A stretch of 64,000 bases of DNA from a virus, in the IMG/VR virus record IMGVR_UViG_3300009158_000001, positions 32,001 through 96,000 of that record; one strand, written 5' to 3'. Shown here piece after piece: positions 42,655 through 51,591 of this stretch. The notes under the pieces are model-generated. The model was not told the DNA's origin, ran no database searches, and saw only the letters and a list, made by a program, of their open reading frames with translations. Within the stretch, counting starts at the first letter, position 1. Each line of letters opens with the position of its first letter. The translations under genes and the position numbers were made by a program.

Positions 42655-43701
42655 TTATTTTCTCTTAAATTTCTTATTCTCTCTTACTTTTACTCCAATC
42701 TTTTTGAAAGTGGTAGCTTCTTCAGTTTGCTTGGTTGCTAAAGCCCTTCTTTCTCTCTCAAGAATAATCTCATATCCAGCAGGTACAATACCCATTTCAA
42801 GCTGTGCTGCTAATGCTTCTTCATCTGTATATCTTGGTAGATTATCAAAATCTTCTGCATCAAATCCGCCAATTTTATTGTTCTTGTCAATTTTAATACC
42901 TGGCACATTAACCTGAACGCCATTTGAAACAGCAACTCTATCCTTAGGAGCAATATAGGTTACACCTTCATTTGATGATGCGACTGAGATATCCTTTTTA
43001 TACTCGGGCTTTGGTTCATTCATTGTTCTCTCAGGAGTAGGAGTCTGTTTATTTGACGCCTCTTGTTGGGCCCTAAACTTAACAAACTCATCAATAAACG
43101 TATCATCTTCTGTTTTCTTTTGTGGCTTTTTTGCCTTAGGCTTTGCTGCTTTTTCAACGTTGGGATCATATATCTCTAGTGGATTTTTAAGTATTCCATT
43201 TTCAAGTAGATATTTCTCCGCACTGGCAAATAAACTAGCAATTCGATCAAATGGCAATTTGTCTAAAGACTCAAAAGTGTAAGCTTTAAATACTACGCAA
43301 ATAATAGTATACATTTGATACTCAACATTTGTCATGCTAAGTGCTCTATACATATTAAGTCTTTGAGTAAAACCTTGTATGTTTATATTTCCATTTGAAT
43401 CTGGAATAATTCCAGAGTCACTAATGTACATTATTAAGTTTGATATAGTGTCGACTATGCCAGCTGGCAAGTAGTCTATTTCAAAGTCTGTCCACTTAGG
43501 AGTTCTAAGAGTATAGTCCCTAAAAATCTTTACCTTTAATTCGTAATTTGAAAGACTATTAAATCGTTCAGCATAGCGAATTCTTTTATATTCACCCCAA
43601 GGTATACGAGTAAAATATTCCGTATGAGTACTATTAAGCCCATACGGAAGATCTACTACATATAACGGGATATCCTTATGGTTAAAGATATCTAAGTACA
43701 T
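42655..43701 (-). CDS. Tail assembly chaperone-like protein 2, 348 aa
   Basis: Lies between the chaperone and the tape measure. IDYLPAGIVDTISNLI parallels VNDLPAGLPDLLTNMI in the 172-aa protein. Confidence 0.55.
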   Translation of the reverse strand: MYLDIFNHKDIPLYVVDLPYGLNSTHTEYFTRIPWGEYKRIRYAERFNSLSNYELKVKIFRDYTLRTPKWTDFEIDYLPAGIVDTISNLIMYISDSGIIPDSNGNINIQGFTQRLNMYRALSMTNVEYQMYTIICVVFKAYTFESLDKLPFDRIASLFASAEKYLLENGILKNPLEIYDPNVEKAAKPKAKKPQKKTEDDTFIDEFVKFRAQQEASNKQTPTPERTMNEPKPEYKKDISVASSNEGVTYIAPKDRVAVSNGVQVNVPGIKIDKNNKIGGFDAEDFDNLPRYTDEEALAAQLEMGIVPAGYEIILERERRALATKQTEEATTFKKIGVKVRENKKFKRK

Positions 43702-43718
43702 TAATACTCTTTAATTAA

Positions 43719-44237
43719 TTAGAGTTCTTTGCTTAGTGAGAAAGCAAGTTCTACAGGAATAAATGCACTTAAACGGCTAATCATATTTGTAAGAAGATCT
43801 GGCAGACCAGCAGGTAAATCATTAACTGCTTCATCTGATAGCATTGGGAAAACACAACCAGCCTCTAGAATTTCCTTATTAAGTCTTTCCATGTCCTGAC
43901 CAGCAATCTCACGGATCATTCGCATCTCTCTTACTTTAAGAGGACGGACTAGAAACCATCTATTGTCTTCATGAGGATAAACAATGACAGTGCCATGCTT
44001 CTCCTTCATTCTTGCAACATAGCTTCTAGAGCATCCCATCTTCTCAAGTTCAGAGTAAGCAAGATCTTTCTCTTCCTCTGCTGTAAGAGATCTTTCCTGT
44101 TGGGGTTTTGACTCGTCGCCAGTAGGCTCCTTTGCAGCCTCCTTCTCAGCCTCTCTGCTCTTTCTTGTTTTTTCAAGCTTTTTCTCTAAAAGAGCTTCGG
44201 CGTCAACTTCTACTAATTCTGTTGTTGTTTCTGACAT
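43719..44237 (-). CDS. Tail assembly chaperone, 172 aa
   Basis: Pattern WFLVRPLKVREMR...ILEAGCVFP...LPAGLPDLL; charged N-terminus; located upstream of the tape measure. Confidence 0.65.
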   Translation of the reverse strand: MSETTTELVEVDAEALLEKKLEKTRKSREAEKEAAKEPTGDESKPQQERSLTAEEEKDLAYSELEKMGCSRSYVARMKEKHGTVIVYPHEDNRWFLVRPLKVREMRMIREIAGQDMERLNKEILEAGCVFPMLSDEAVNDLPAGLPDLLTNMISRLSAFIPVELAFSLSKEL

Positions 44238-44269
44238 TTTTCCTCTTTGTTCCTATTGGGTTGTAATTA

Positions 44270-45325
44270 TTATGGCTTGACTATTGGGGGAAGTTCAGGT
44301 GCCGCATCCCCTCTAGCAATATCTTTTATAGGTCGTTCTGGCTTAGCTACCGCCGTTCCACCTGTTTGGTTTGTTTTGGCTGCTTCTGTTGCGGTTGCCG
44401 CTGCCGCTGCTGCTGCTGGTGAAGCAGGCTCGGCCTTTGCCGCTTCGGCTTGGGCGGCAAGAATACTATCATAATCAGTTTGTCCGCTTCCATTTCTAGC
44501 AAGAACTTCTTTTGATCTTGCCATAAATTTATAGGTTTCCATTATTGGTTGGTCATCAGACATAATCTGTTGTGCTTCGCCAATAAAATGAACATCTCTA
44601 AGTATAACAGTCGAGGAGTTCATATAAGATGTGATACCATTTGCCATAGATGTTATATTTGGATTACCATAAGTAATAATTATATTCAAAGGCTTGTTTA
44701 CTCCGCCAGCCCTTGAAAACTGGTCAGGTCTATGAAGACTTCCGCTGTCCGATAGCGCCTTGCCATAGCCTCCCGATAATCCAAAATATGACTTTTGAGC
44801 ATCGTTCAGGTTTCGTTCACTTAAACTTCCATGTAAGCCACCACTATTAGCTAATAGACTTGTAGTTCCATCTGGAGTCGTATTATTTGTAATAGTACCT
44901 GCAGTTAAATTTGCAACCATATCTGTCTGAAGGCTTTGATTGGCAAATAAACCATCAAGCATTGCGGCATCACCAGGATGATTGCCCATGTTGTCATATG
45001 ATCTTAGTAAACTAATCAATTTTTTCTTTCCATTTAGCTCAGGAAAATCGCCTGCAGAAAAAGTAAAATCTCTTGGTAGCTCTGAATAATATTTTTGCAA
45101 AACATAACTCAAATATTGAGGATGTTGAAAGTTAATATAAAGTTGACCTAATACAATTACTTGACCATCAGCCACCCCATCATAGTATAAACTGTTATAG
45201 CCATAAATTGGTCTTTTGTTTTGTGATACTTCCCATGAAATACCAAAAGCATTTGTTATAAGAGCAGAGCCAATTGTTAATGATACATTTGCTCCAGTAT
45301 ATGCAGTTGCTACTGACTTAGCCAT
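44270..45325 (-). CDS. Tail tube-like protein (paralog 3), 351 aa
   Basis: YTGANVSLTIG...ISWEVSQNKRPIYGYNS...ADGQVIVLGQLYINF aligns by eye with the tube N-terminus. Confidence 0.7.
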   Translation of the reverse strand: MAKSVATAYTGANVSLTIGSALITNAFGISWEVSQNKRPIYGYNSLYYDGVADGQVIVLGQLYINFQHPQYLSYVLQKYYSELPRDFTFSAGDFPELNGKKKLISLLRSYDNMGNHPGDAAMLDGLFANQSLQTDMVANLTAGTITNNTTPDGTTSLLANSGGLHGSLSERNLNDAQKSYFGLSGGYGKALSDSGSLHRPDQFSRAGGVNKPLNIIITYGNPNITSMANGITSYMNSSTVILRDVHFIGEAQQIMSDDQPIMETYKFMARSKEVLARNGSGQTDYDSILAAQAEAAKAEPASPAAAAAAATATEAAKTNQTGGTAVAKPERPIKDIARGDAAPELPPIVKP

Positions 45326-45367
45326 TATTATCCTTTTTATAATTAATCTTCATAGCAACGTTTACTA

Positions 45368-46420
45368 TTATTTTAAATATCCATCTCTAAAACGGTTGAT
45401 AGTGCCTTGTTGATATGTGGCAGTACGACGGGTATTCCTCTTGCCATTCATAGGGATTCCTTCAGGATTAACTTCATTATGCGCAATAGCACTATCAGCT
45501 TCCATAATTGCATTATATTTATAAACTTCTTCTTGAATTTCTCTTCTTTGCTCTGGGGTGTTAGAGCTTGAATTAGCTGGAGCAGGACTTACTATCGCTG
45601 GAGTTGCTGTAGTAGGTTCAGTCGCAGCCTTAACACTATCAACTAAGACAGGCTCAAGTCCACTATCAAATGCATTTGCAAAGCTAAAGGTGCTATTTGC
45701 TGTACCAATTGTACCTTCAAAATATCTTATATTTGAAGCCATATACTGATATTGAACTTCAGTGTAAATGTCTTCAACTGAAAGAGTACTAGAGTCATGA
45801 ATAATCTCAATATCTTCTAGAATAATTTTACCCATATGTCCAGCTTCATTTATCATCGTAATAATAATATCAAACGGCGGAAGATCAGAAGGTTTTACTA
45901 CTTCTCCTAGATAATTTGTATCCCAAGAAAAATCCCAGATTTTTCTATTCTTCTCTGGCTCTGGAGCCCCAGCATTACTCTTTCTTTTAGTAATGTATTC
46001 AGCGTCACCAGACGCATAACCTAGAAGTCCACCTCTATCCCATGTAACATCAACATCCCCTTTTAATGGAAATTCGTAATTATCATTAAATACATGGGTA
46101 TGTAACTGGTTAAATATTAATGTACCAGCAATAGTTCGGCCACCTCTTGCTACTGCAATTGGATTTTTAAATCCTAATGCCTTTACAGGTGTTTTAGTGT
46201 TATAAGTTGAAATTGATATAGTCTGTAAAGTTCCAATTCTAAAAATTCTTGCACTGTTTTTTCCTTGATACTGAGGCAACATAATTGTTGCTGAAATATC
46301 GCATCCAGAAAATCCAAGATTATTACCTGCTGCAGTAAAACTCTCAAATAATCCATCCCTTATAGTAGGAGGTTTCTTTGGCGGAGTATCTGTTTGGACG
46401 GTTGGACCGGGAGGAGCCAT
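45368..46420 (-). CDS. Tail tube-like protein (paralog 2), 350 aa
   Basis: FSGCDISA...LQTISIST...PVKALGFKNPIAVARGGRTIAGTLIF...DLPPFDIII is clearly homologous to the 212-aa tube. Confidence 0.8.
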   Translation of the reverse strand: MAPPGPTVQTDTPPKKPPTIRDGLFESFTAAGNNLGFSGCDISATIMLPQYQGKNSARIFRIGTLQTISISTYNTKTPVKALGFKNPIAVARGGRTIAGTLIFNQLHTHVFNDNYEFPLKGDVDVTWDRGGLLGYASGDAEYITKRKSNAGAPEPEKNRKIWDFSWDTNYLGEVVKPSDLPPFDIIITMINEAGHMGKIILEDIEIIHDSSTLSVEDIYTEVQYQYMASNIRYFEGTIGTANSTFSFANAFDSGLEPVLVDSVKAATEPTTATPAIVSPAPANSSSNTPEQRREIQEEVYKYNAIMEADSAIAHNEVNPEGIPMNGKRNTRRTATYQQGTINRFRDGYLK

Positions 46421-46539
46421 TAAGTATCCTTTCTATAGTTGAGAAGAAAAACTATTAGTATTAAAAAAATTACAAATAGACATGCCAAAATTACGGCTCC
46501 ATCTTTAATCTTTGAAATAGTTTCTTTTATTTTTTTCAT
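46420..46539 (-). CDS. Small single-pass membrane protein, 39 aa (not in the ORF track)
   Basis: MKKIKETISKIKDGAVILACLFVIFLILIVFLLNYRKDT*; AAAGG upstream of the ATG; the stop overlaps the next ATG (TAATG). Confidence 0.6.
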   Translation of the reverse strand: MKKIKETISKIKDGAVILACLFVIFLILIVFLLNYRKDT

Positions 46540-46552
46540 ATGCCTTTACTCA

Positions 46553-46585
46553 TAATAAAAAACCTACATATATTATATGTAGGTT
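46553..46585 (-). terminator. Probable Rho-independent terminator after the tail tube gene
   Basis: 11-bp inverted repeat AACCTACATAT/ATATGTAGGTT (46561-46585) followed by TTTTATT on the minus strand. Confidence 0.65.
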
Positions 46586-46622
46586 CTTCATACCAGTAGC
46601 CTGTATTAGGCTATTTAGTTAT

Positions 46623-47261
46623 TTACTCGCTGATAGTAACAGCACCGCTAGCAGTTCTGTCAATCTTGAAGCGACTATCTTTCTGAGTTGTCCAACGAGT
46701 AACCGCACGAGCAAGATATGTTGTTTGCATATCAGCCTGGCGATCTTCAATACCCATACCCCAGCCTTCATTCATAAGTTCAACACCATGAATAACGCAC
46801 TTAGCAGCAATACCCATTTCATTTAATGCACTAACAGTGACATCAAAAGGAGGAAGCTGATCGGCATAGAAAGCCTTTGAAAGCTTACCCATTGAGTCTG
46901 GCTTGGCAGCAGAGTCTCCTAGCGATGGACGAGTTGGACCAGCTGTTGAACTAAAGTCCATTGGATTTGGCTCGTAAATCTTTTGAACAAACTTGCCAAG
47001 TGCGCTACCCTCATCCTCGATATTGAACTGCTCAAGAATAGCATGTGTATCAAACTGAATAAAGATTAGTGAACCAGCAATACCACGCTTGCCGCGTGAG
47101 AAGGCGCGAGGGTTGGCCTCACCTAGTACGTAGATTGGGGCCTTTTCGCGCTGAATAGCATAGGAAACCGCCATAAGGTTACCTACTTCATTGTTCGCAA
47201 AGACAGCCTTAATATCAGCTCCTGAGAAACTGTTGTGTGCTCTTGTAAGAAAATCAGACAT
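46623..47261 (-). CDS. Tail tube protein, 212 aa
   Basis: Directly follows the sheath; SFSGADIKAVF...REKAPIYVLGEANPRAFSRGKRGIAGSLIF...DQLPPFDV; AAGGAG RBS; codon usage of a highly expressed gene. Confidence 0.85.
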   Translation of the reverse strand: MSDFLTRAHNSFSGADIKAVFANNEVGNLMAVSYAIQREKAPIYVLGEANPRAFSRGKRGIAGSLIFIQFDTHAILEQFNIEDEGSALGKFVQKIYEPNPMDFSSTAGPTRPSLGDSAAKPDSMGKLSKAFYADQLPPFDVTVSALNEMGIAAKCVIHGVELMNEGWGMGIEDRQADMQTTYLARAVTRWTTQKDSRFKIDRTASGAVTISE

Positions 47262-47284
47262 TTTTATTGCTCCTTAATTTATAA

Positions 47285-50266
47285 TTAAACGCTAAGGTTT
47301 ACAGAGAAGGTAATCTGTCTAAGCTCAAAGACAGGAGTGAGAGTTAGATCAACTCTAACCTTACCAAGAACACGCTCTTCTGCAGTTTGCATAAGCTTAA
47401 AGCGGCCAGCTGTAATAACCTGTACGCCAGTGGAATCGCCAAGATTTCTCTTGAGGACTTCGCCAATTGCAGCTTCAAGTGCATTCCTCTTGATTGCGGA
47501 AAGACCTTTACCAAGGAAAGGACGAGCCGTATTTCTAAGCTCTTCAGCAATCTTAGCAACAATTCTTACCGTAGTAAGTCTTGTGTAGTCAGATGTTGGA
47601 GAAGCAAAGGTCGGTGAGTCTGCAATAGATGGTGTACCGTTCTCAACCTTAGCAAGTGTAAGTCCAAGGCCACATGCAACGTCCACAGTCTTGGTCTCTA
47701 GGCGGTAAGGCACAAATAGACCAGGAACCTGACGGTTAATAAGGCTGTCAATAACACTCAAGTTAGGAAGCATACCAGCAACAATTGTAGCCGCATTTGT
47801 AATGTAAGCAGGGCTTCTTGTGTTAACATCATCTGCTGTTGTGCCAAACAGAGCAACAACAGAAAGATACTTACCAAGATCGATTTTCTTACTATTACCA
47901 TCCAGCACCATGTTGGCTGTTGAGTAATCAAGTGATCTATCTTCCGTTAGGAAAAGTCCACCACGCTTTACGCCATCATTGAAAGCGTACTTGCCGCCAA
48001 TGAACTTATGACCAAGTAGACCTGTACCATTATTGCTTTCATCAGTAATGAAGTAGGTGCCACTCTCTCTGTCATACGCATAAGTAGGAGCCTTACCAAA
48101 GTACTCACGAATGCCACGAGCCGAAATGCTACCAGGAAGACGAGTACCAATCACACCGTGACAAGTTCTGTAATCCTCTGAGTTCTCATAGCAATACGTT
48201 GCAAGAAGATGCCCAAAGTTAACTTCTCTATATTGGAACTCACCTGACTCCGGAAGAAGACTATTACTAGCAATCTCGGGAAGATCTGAAATAACACCAG
48301 TGGTCGACCAGTAGTAGGTATAGGTGTAGTCGCCATTGTCTGATACAACAAGGTAACCAAGGGCATCGTTTGCTTGCCCAGGCGCAGGATAAGCCCCATC
48401 AGTAATAGTAATATCTGCACCATCAGCGGCATTCTTAGCATCAATTGTTATGCCATAAGGAACAATGATGTCAAAAGCTGCAAGATCAAGATTCTCAAAC
48501 GCAGTATGAAGCTTCTCATATCTCTTCATAAGGGAGATATTTGAATCAGTGGTGCCTGGGCTAAACTCGGCTGCAGTACCGTAATCAAAGTTGTTATTAG
48601 CATAATCTTCAAGAGGGGCATGAGTAAATGTTGCCCCACTAAGACCATAGGACACAGCTGTGCCGCCATCAAGAACCTTATCAAGAGGAACATAAACGCC
48701 ACCACCAGCAACAGCAAAAGGCTTATTGCTATCCTGAGGGTATAGACCAACATCAGACGCTCTACCAGTTGATGATCCAGCTACTCCATAGGCACTGACT
48801 GTTCCCTGTCCAGAAGGAAGTGTAATTGTAGGAGCAGCCTGTAAGAAAGGACGAGCAGTATAGCCAGCCCAAGGGTGATCAACGCCGTAAACAACTTCAC
48901 CGTCAGCGTTGACAGTGCCATCAGCGGTAATTGATATTACGTTGTCTAACGCGCTAGCAGTGAATGGAAGCTTTTCGAATTCCCCATTAGCATTAAGAGC
49001 AGCTGCTAGTGCAGTGGCCACAGCACTAGCAGAAGTATAAGGCTGACCAACAGCATATGTTCCAGTAGCAGTAATTCCAGAAATGCCAAATGAATAAGTA
49101 AGAGCAGTTGCACCAGGAGCAGCATAGTTACCAGCAATAGTACCAACTGTTGCCACTGCACCTCTGACAAGACCGTTACCAGCAACGCTGGCACCAGTTA
49201 TAACACCTGAAACATTGACAGTAATAGTAACAGTAGCATCATTGGTGCTTGTTACTCCACCAAGAAGACTACCATCAACAACAATATTACCAGCAGTATA
49301 ACCAGTGCCCTGAGTTGTGATAGTTACGCTATAAACACCACCAGCGCTGACTGTGATAGATGCTCTACCAGCGTCGTGGCCATCCCCATCATCAAGTGCA
49401 AGGTCAGTATATGTACGGGTTGCCCCTGCGACTGAGGCCACTGAGAAAGTAAGATCATTTGCAGTGCTGACCCCACCAAGAGCCGAACCTAAGACCTTAA
49501 GTCCATCACCAACCGCATAAAGTGAACCACCAGCAGCTGTCGAAATTGTAGTAGTTGAGTAGGCTCCTGTTCCAAACGTAGGAACACCTAGCACAGTAAA
49601 TGTAGCCCCAGTACCAGGACCAGATGCCTGATAGCTAGAAGCAACTCCAGTGTAACTCCTGCTTCCCGAGCTAACACTAATAGCAATAGACTCTGCCTCT
49701 GCGCCTTCGCCTAGGCCTAGATCAACATCGCCAAGTTCAAACTCAACATCAACTTCGCCATTATCAAGTGAGGCACCCTCTAATGCAGTACCCTGCCAGA
49801 CAACAGTATCCGTCTCAAGATTAACAACAATAAGTTCAGCAGTAACAGACTTATCATCTGCAGTGCCAGTACCACTCGTTGCTAGGCTCTTAGCATGACG
49901 ATAAGCCACGCCATACTTAGCAGCAGCTTCAGGCGACTCCTGTGTAGTACGAATTGTAATACCTGCAGCGCTTGCCTCATTAACATCAGCACCAAGAGCT
50001 GACAAAACAGGAGGAGTACCAGGCAAACGGTAAACATAAATGTTTGAAGCTCCGCCTTTCTTGACTTCGCTAGCGGCTCTCGCAACTTCAGAGTCAGAAC
50101 CAAACTCTCTAACAACAGCACTTACATCTGACATCAGGAATGGTTCACTGGTAAGACCCTTAGTGGCCGTACCAAGAACAAGAACAGACTGTGTAAGATC
50201 TGGGGCTGAGAAGGTTAGGTTACCATCTTGAAGCTGTACGTAACTCCCGGGTAGGTTTATATACAT
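47285..50266 (-). CDS. Contractile tail sheath protein with a large inserted domain, 993 aa
   Basis: N-terminal LPGSYVQLQD...VLVLGTATKG..EP and C-terminal YTRLTTVRIV...FLGK...VDLTLTPVFELRQITFSV sheath signatures. Confidence 0.92.
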   Translation of the reverse strand: MYINLPGSYVQLQDGNLTFSAPDLTQSVLVLGTATKGLTSEPFLMSDVSAVVREFGSDSEVARAASEVKKGGASNIYVYRLPGTPPVLSALGADVNEASAAGITIRTTQESPEAAAKYGVAYRHAKSLATSGTGTADDKSVTAELIVVNLETDTVVWQGTALEGASLDNGEVDVEFELGDVDLGLGEGAEAESIAISVSSGSRSYTGVASSYQASGPGTGATFTVLGVPTFGTGAYSTTTISTAAGGSLYAVGDGLKVLGSALGGVSTANDLTFSVASVAGATRTYTDLALDDGDGHDAGRASITVSAGGVYSVTITTQGTGYTAGNIVVDGSLLGGVTSTNDATVTITVNVSGVITGASVAGNGLVRGAVATVGTIAGNYAAPGATALTYSFGISGITATGTYAVGQPYTSASAVATALAAALNANGEFEKLPFTASALDNVISITADGTVNADGEVVYGVDHPWAGYTARPFLQAAPTITLPSGQGTVSAYGVAGSSTGRASDVGLYPQDSNKPFAVAGGGVYVPLDKVLDGGTAVSYGLSGATFTHAPLEDYANNNFDYGTAAEFSPGTTDSNISLMKRYEKLHTAFENLDLAAFDIIVPYGITIDAKNAADGADITITDGAYPAPGQANDALGYLVVSDNGDYTYTYYWSTTGVISDLPEIASNSLLPESGEFQYREVNFGHLLATYCYENSEDYRTCHGVIGTRLPGSISARGIREYFGKAPTYAYDRESGTYFITDESNNGTGLLGHKFIGGKYAFNDGVKRGGLFLTEDRSLDYSTANMVLDGNSKKIDLGKYLSVVALFGTTADDVNTRSPAYITNAATIVAGMLPNLSVIDSLINRQVPGLFVPYRLETKTVDVACGLGLTLAKVENGTPSIADSPTFASPTSDYTRLTTVRIVAKIAEELRNTARPFLGKGLSAIKRNALEAAIGEVLKRNLGDSTGVQVITAGRFKLMQTAEERVLGKVRVDLTLTPVFELRQITFSVNLSV

Positions 50267-50284
50267 CGGCTCTCCTTTGAATAA

Positions 50285-51028
50285 TTAATTTGAAGTAACA
50301 ATTTTTAAAGCAATTTCTTTTAGTACGAAGAAGCTGGACCAACTAAGTTTCTCAATTGAGACAGCATATTTAATAGTTCTCTTGTGTCTTAACGCTTCTG
50401 TGTCATCTCCTAATTCTTCTACAAAAACAAAATCTAACACTCCACTGTATTTAACATACCATAGATAAACCTTAATGATATCCATGATCCACTCCTTTAG
50501 GAGGTCAGCTTCATGCGCTGTTTTTCCATATACACTCAAAGAAATATTATAGTCAAATCTTTGACCATATAAGTAGATCTCGGATGTATCATCTTTCGGG
50601 TCCATGTACTTGCCAACTAGTATAGGTGTCACCATCCTACGAGAAGGAGCGTTTACTGCCCCTGTTCCGGCGGCACCTGGTTTACCGTCTAGAACTTTAA
50701 AAACAACATTAGGAGTTTCACTTTCAACATTGATGATAGGTCTTTGAATAATTAATCTTTCATTATTTAACCATGAAGGTTTAAGGGATACAGTTGCAAA
50801 ATTGATAACTTCCTGAAGCAATTCCATAACTTCATAAATTGTATTGATTCTTATTTTGTCATTCTCTAATTTAAGAATTGCTTTGCCACCTGGCTCCAGT
50901 ATTAAATTACTAGGTGCTGCTTCTGTGACCTTATTTAATAGTTCGTTCTTTTCAAGAACTTCAACAATAAAATTCTTTTGAGCAGTACTAAGGTCAGCCT
51001 GTAATTGTTTACTCAGTGGATTTAACAT
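50285..51028 (-). CDS. Tail terminator / tail completion protein, 247 aa
   Basis: Located just before the sheath; FDYNISLSVYGKTAHEADLLKEWI pattern. Confidence 0.6.
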   Translation of the reverse strand: MLNPLSKQLQADLSTAQKNFIVEVLEKNELLNKVTEAAPSNLILEPGGKAILKLENDKIRINTIYEVMELLQEVINFATVSLKPSWLNNERLIIQRPIINVESETPNVVFKVLDGKPGAAGTGAVNAPSRRMVTPILVGKYMDPKDDTSEIYLYGQRFDYNISLSVYGKTAHEADLLKEWIMDIIKVYLWYVKYSGVLDFVFVEELGDDTEALRHKRTIKYAVSIEKLSWSSFFVLKEIALKIVTSN

Positions 51029-51029
51029 T

Positions 51030-51578
51030 TTAATATTTCCTACAGTATAAGATTATGTATTCTATTCGACCAGTATCTGAACGCTTCTCATTCAATGTAT
51101 TAATTGTCCAAGTAATATGGCGACGCTCTGGCTTAACAAGAGCACCATTAGGTTCCAATGCTAATTCTATGATTTTATCTTCATAGTCTATTGCTACTGT
51201 GTCTTGCACATAAAACTTACAAAATTGCTTTTTACTTCTGCCAATTTCTGTAAGTAATGAAGCTCCAGCTTTTTCCTGATCACTTCCAATGTCAACTTTA
51301 AATGTATCTATATAATGCTCATCCCATAGATAGCCTTCTCCTAGGCATACAGTGCATTTTTGATGCATTTGACCTTCTTTAGCTACATTGCAAGAGCAAG
51401 GAATTCTGTAGTTATTTGCATTACGTCTAAACTTTCTAAGCATAACTTTGAAAGCCTTTGGGATCTCATAGACTGATCCTCCAAAAGTATCTTTAGTTTC
51501 TTTGCGTAAATCTACTTCTTTTTGTGTAACTTTTGGGCTTGAATCTAAGCGATAAAAGCGATTTCTTTTAATAGCCAT
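51030..51578 (-). CDS. Head closure / neck protein with a CxC-CxxC motif, 182 aa
   Basis: IPCSC...KCTVCLGEGY and C-terminal RSDTGRIEY; neck position. Confidence 0.65.
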   Translation of the reverse strand: MAIKRNRFYRLDSSPKVTQKEVDLRKETKDTFGGSVYEIPKAFKVMLRKFRRNANNYRIPCSCNVAKEGQMHQKCTVCLGEGYLWDEHYIDTFKVDIGSDQEKAGASLLTEIGRSKKQFCKFYVQDTVAIDYEDKIIELALEPNGALVKPERRHITWTINTLNEKRSDTGRIEYIILYCRKY

Positions 51579-51591
51579 TTATGCTCCTATC

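Noticed and set aside
43690-43770. Lambda G/GT-type programmed frameshift between the two chaperone genes
   Set aside because: There is no XXXYYYZ slippery heptamer near the end of the 172-aa ORF, and the 348-aa ORF has its own start and looks like a paralog.
46597-46613. Small hairpin TAGCCT-GTATT-AGGCTA after the tube stop codon
   Set aside because: The stem is only 6 bp with no U-tract; the stronger hairpin at 46561-46585 explains termination.
19583-50266. Bacterial contractile injection system (eCIS/tailocin/T6SS) rather than a phage
   Set aside because: Portal, protease and major capsid genes are in the same operon, so it is a complete phage morphogenesis region.
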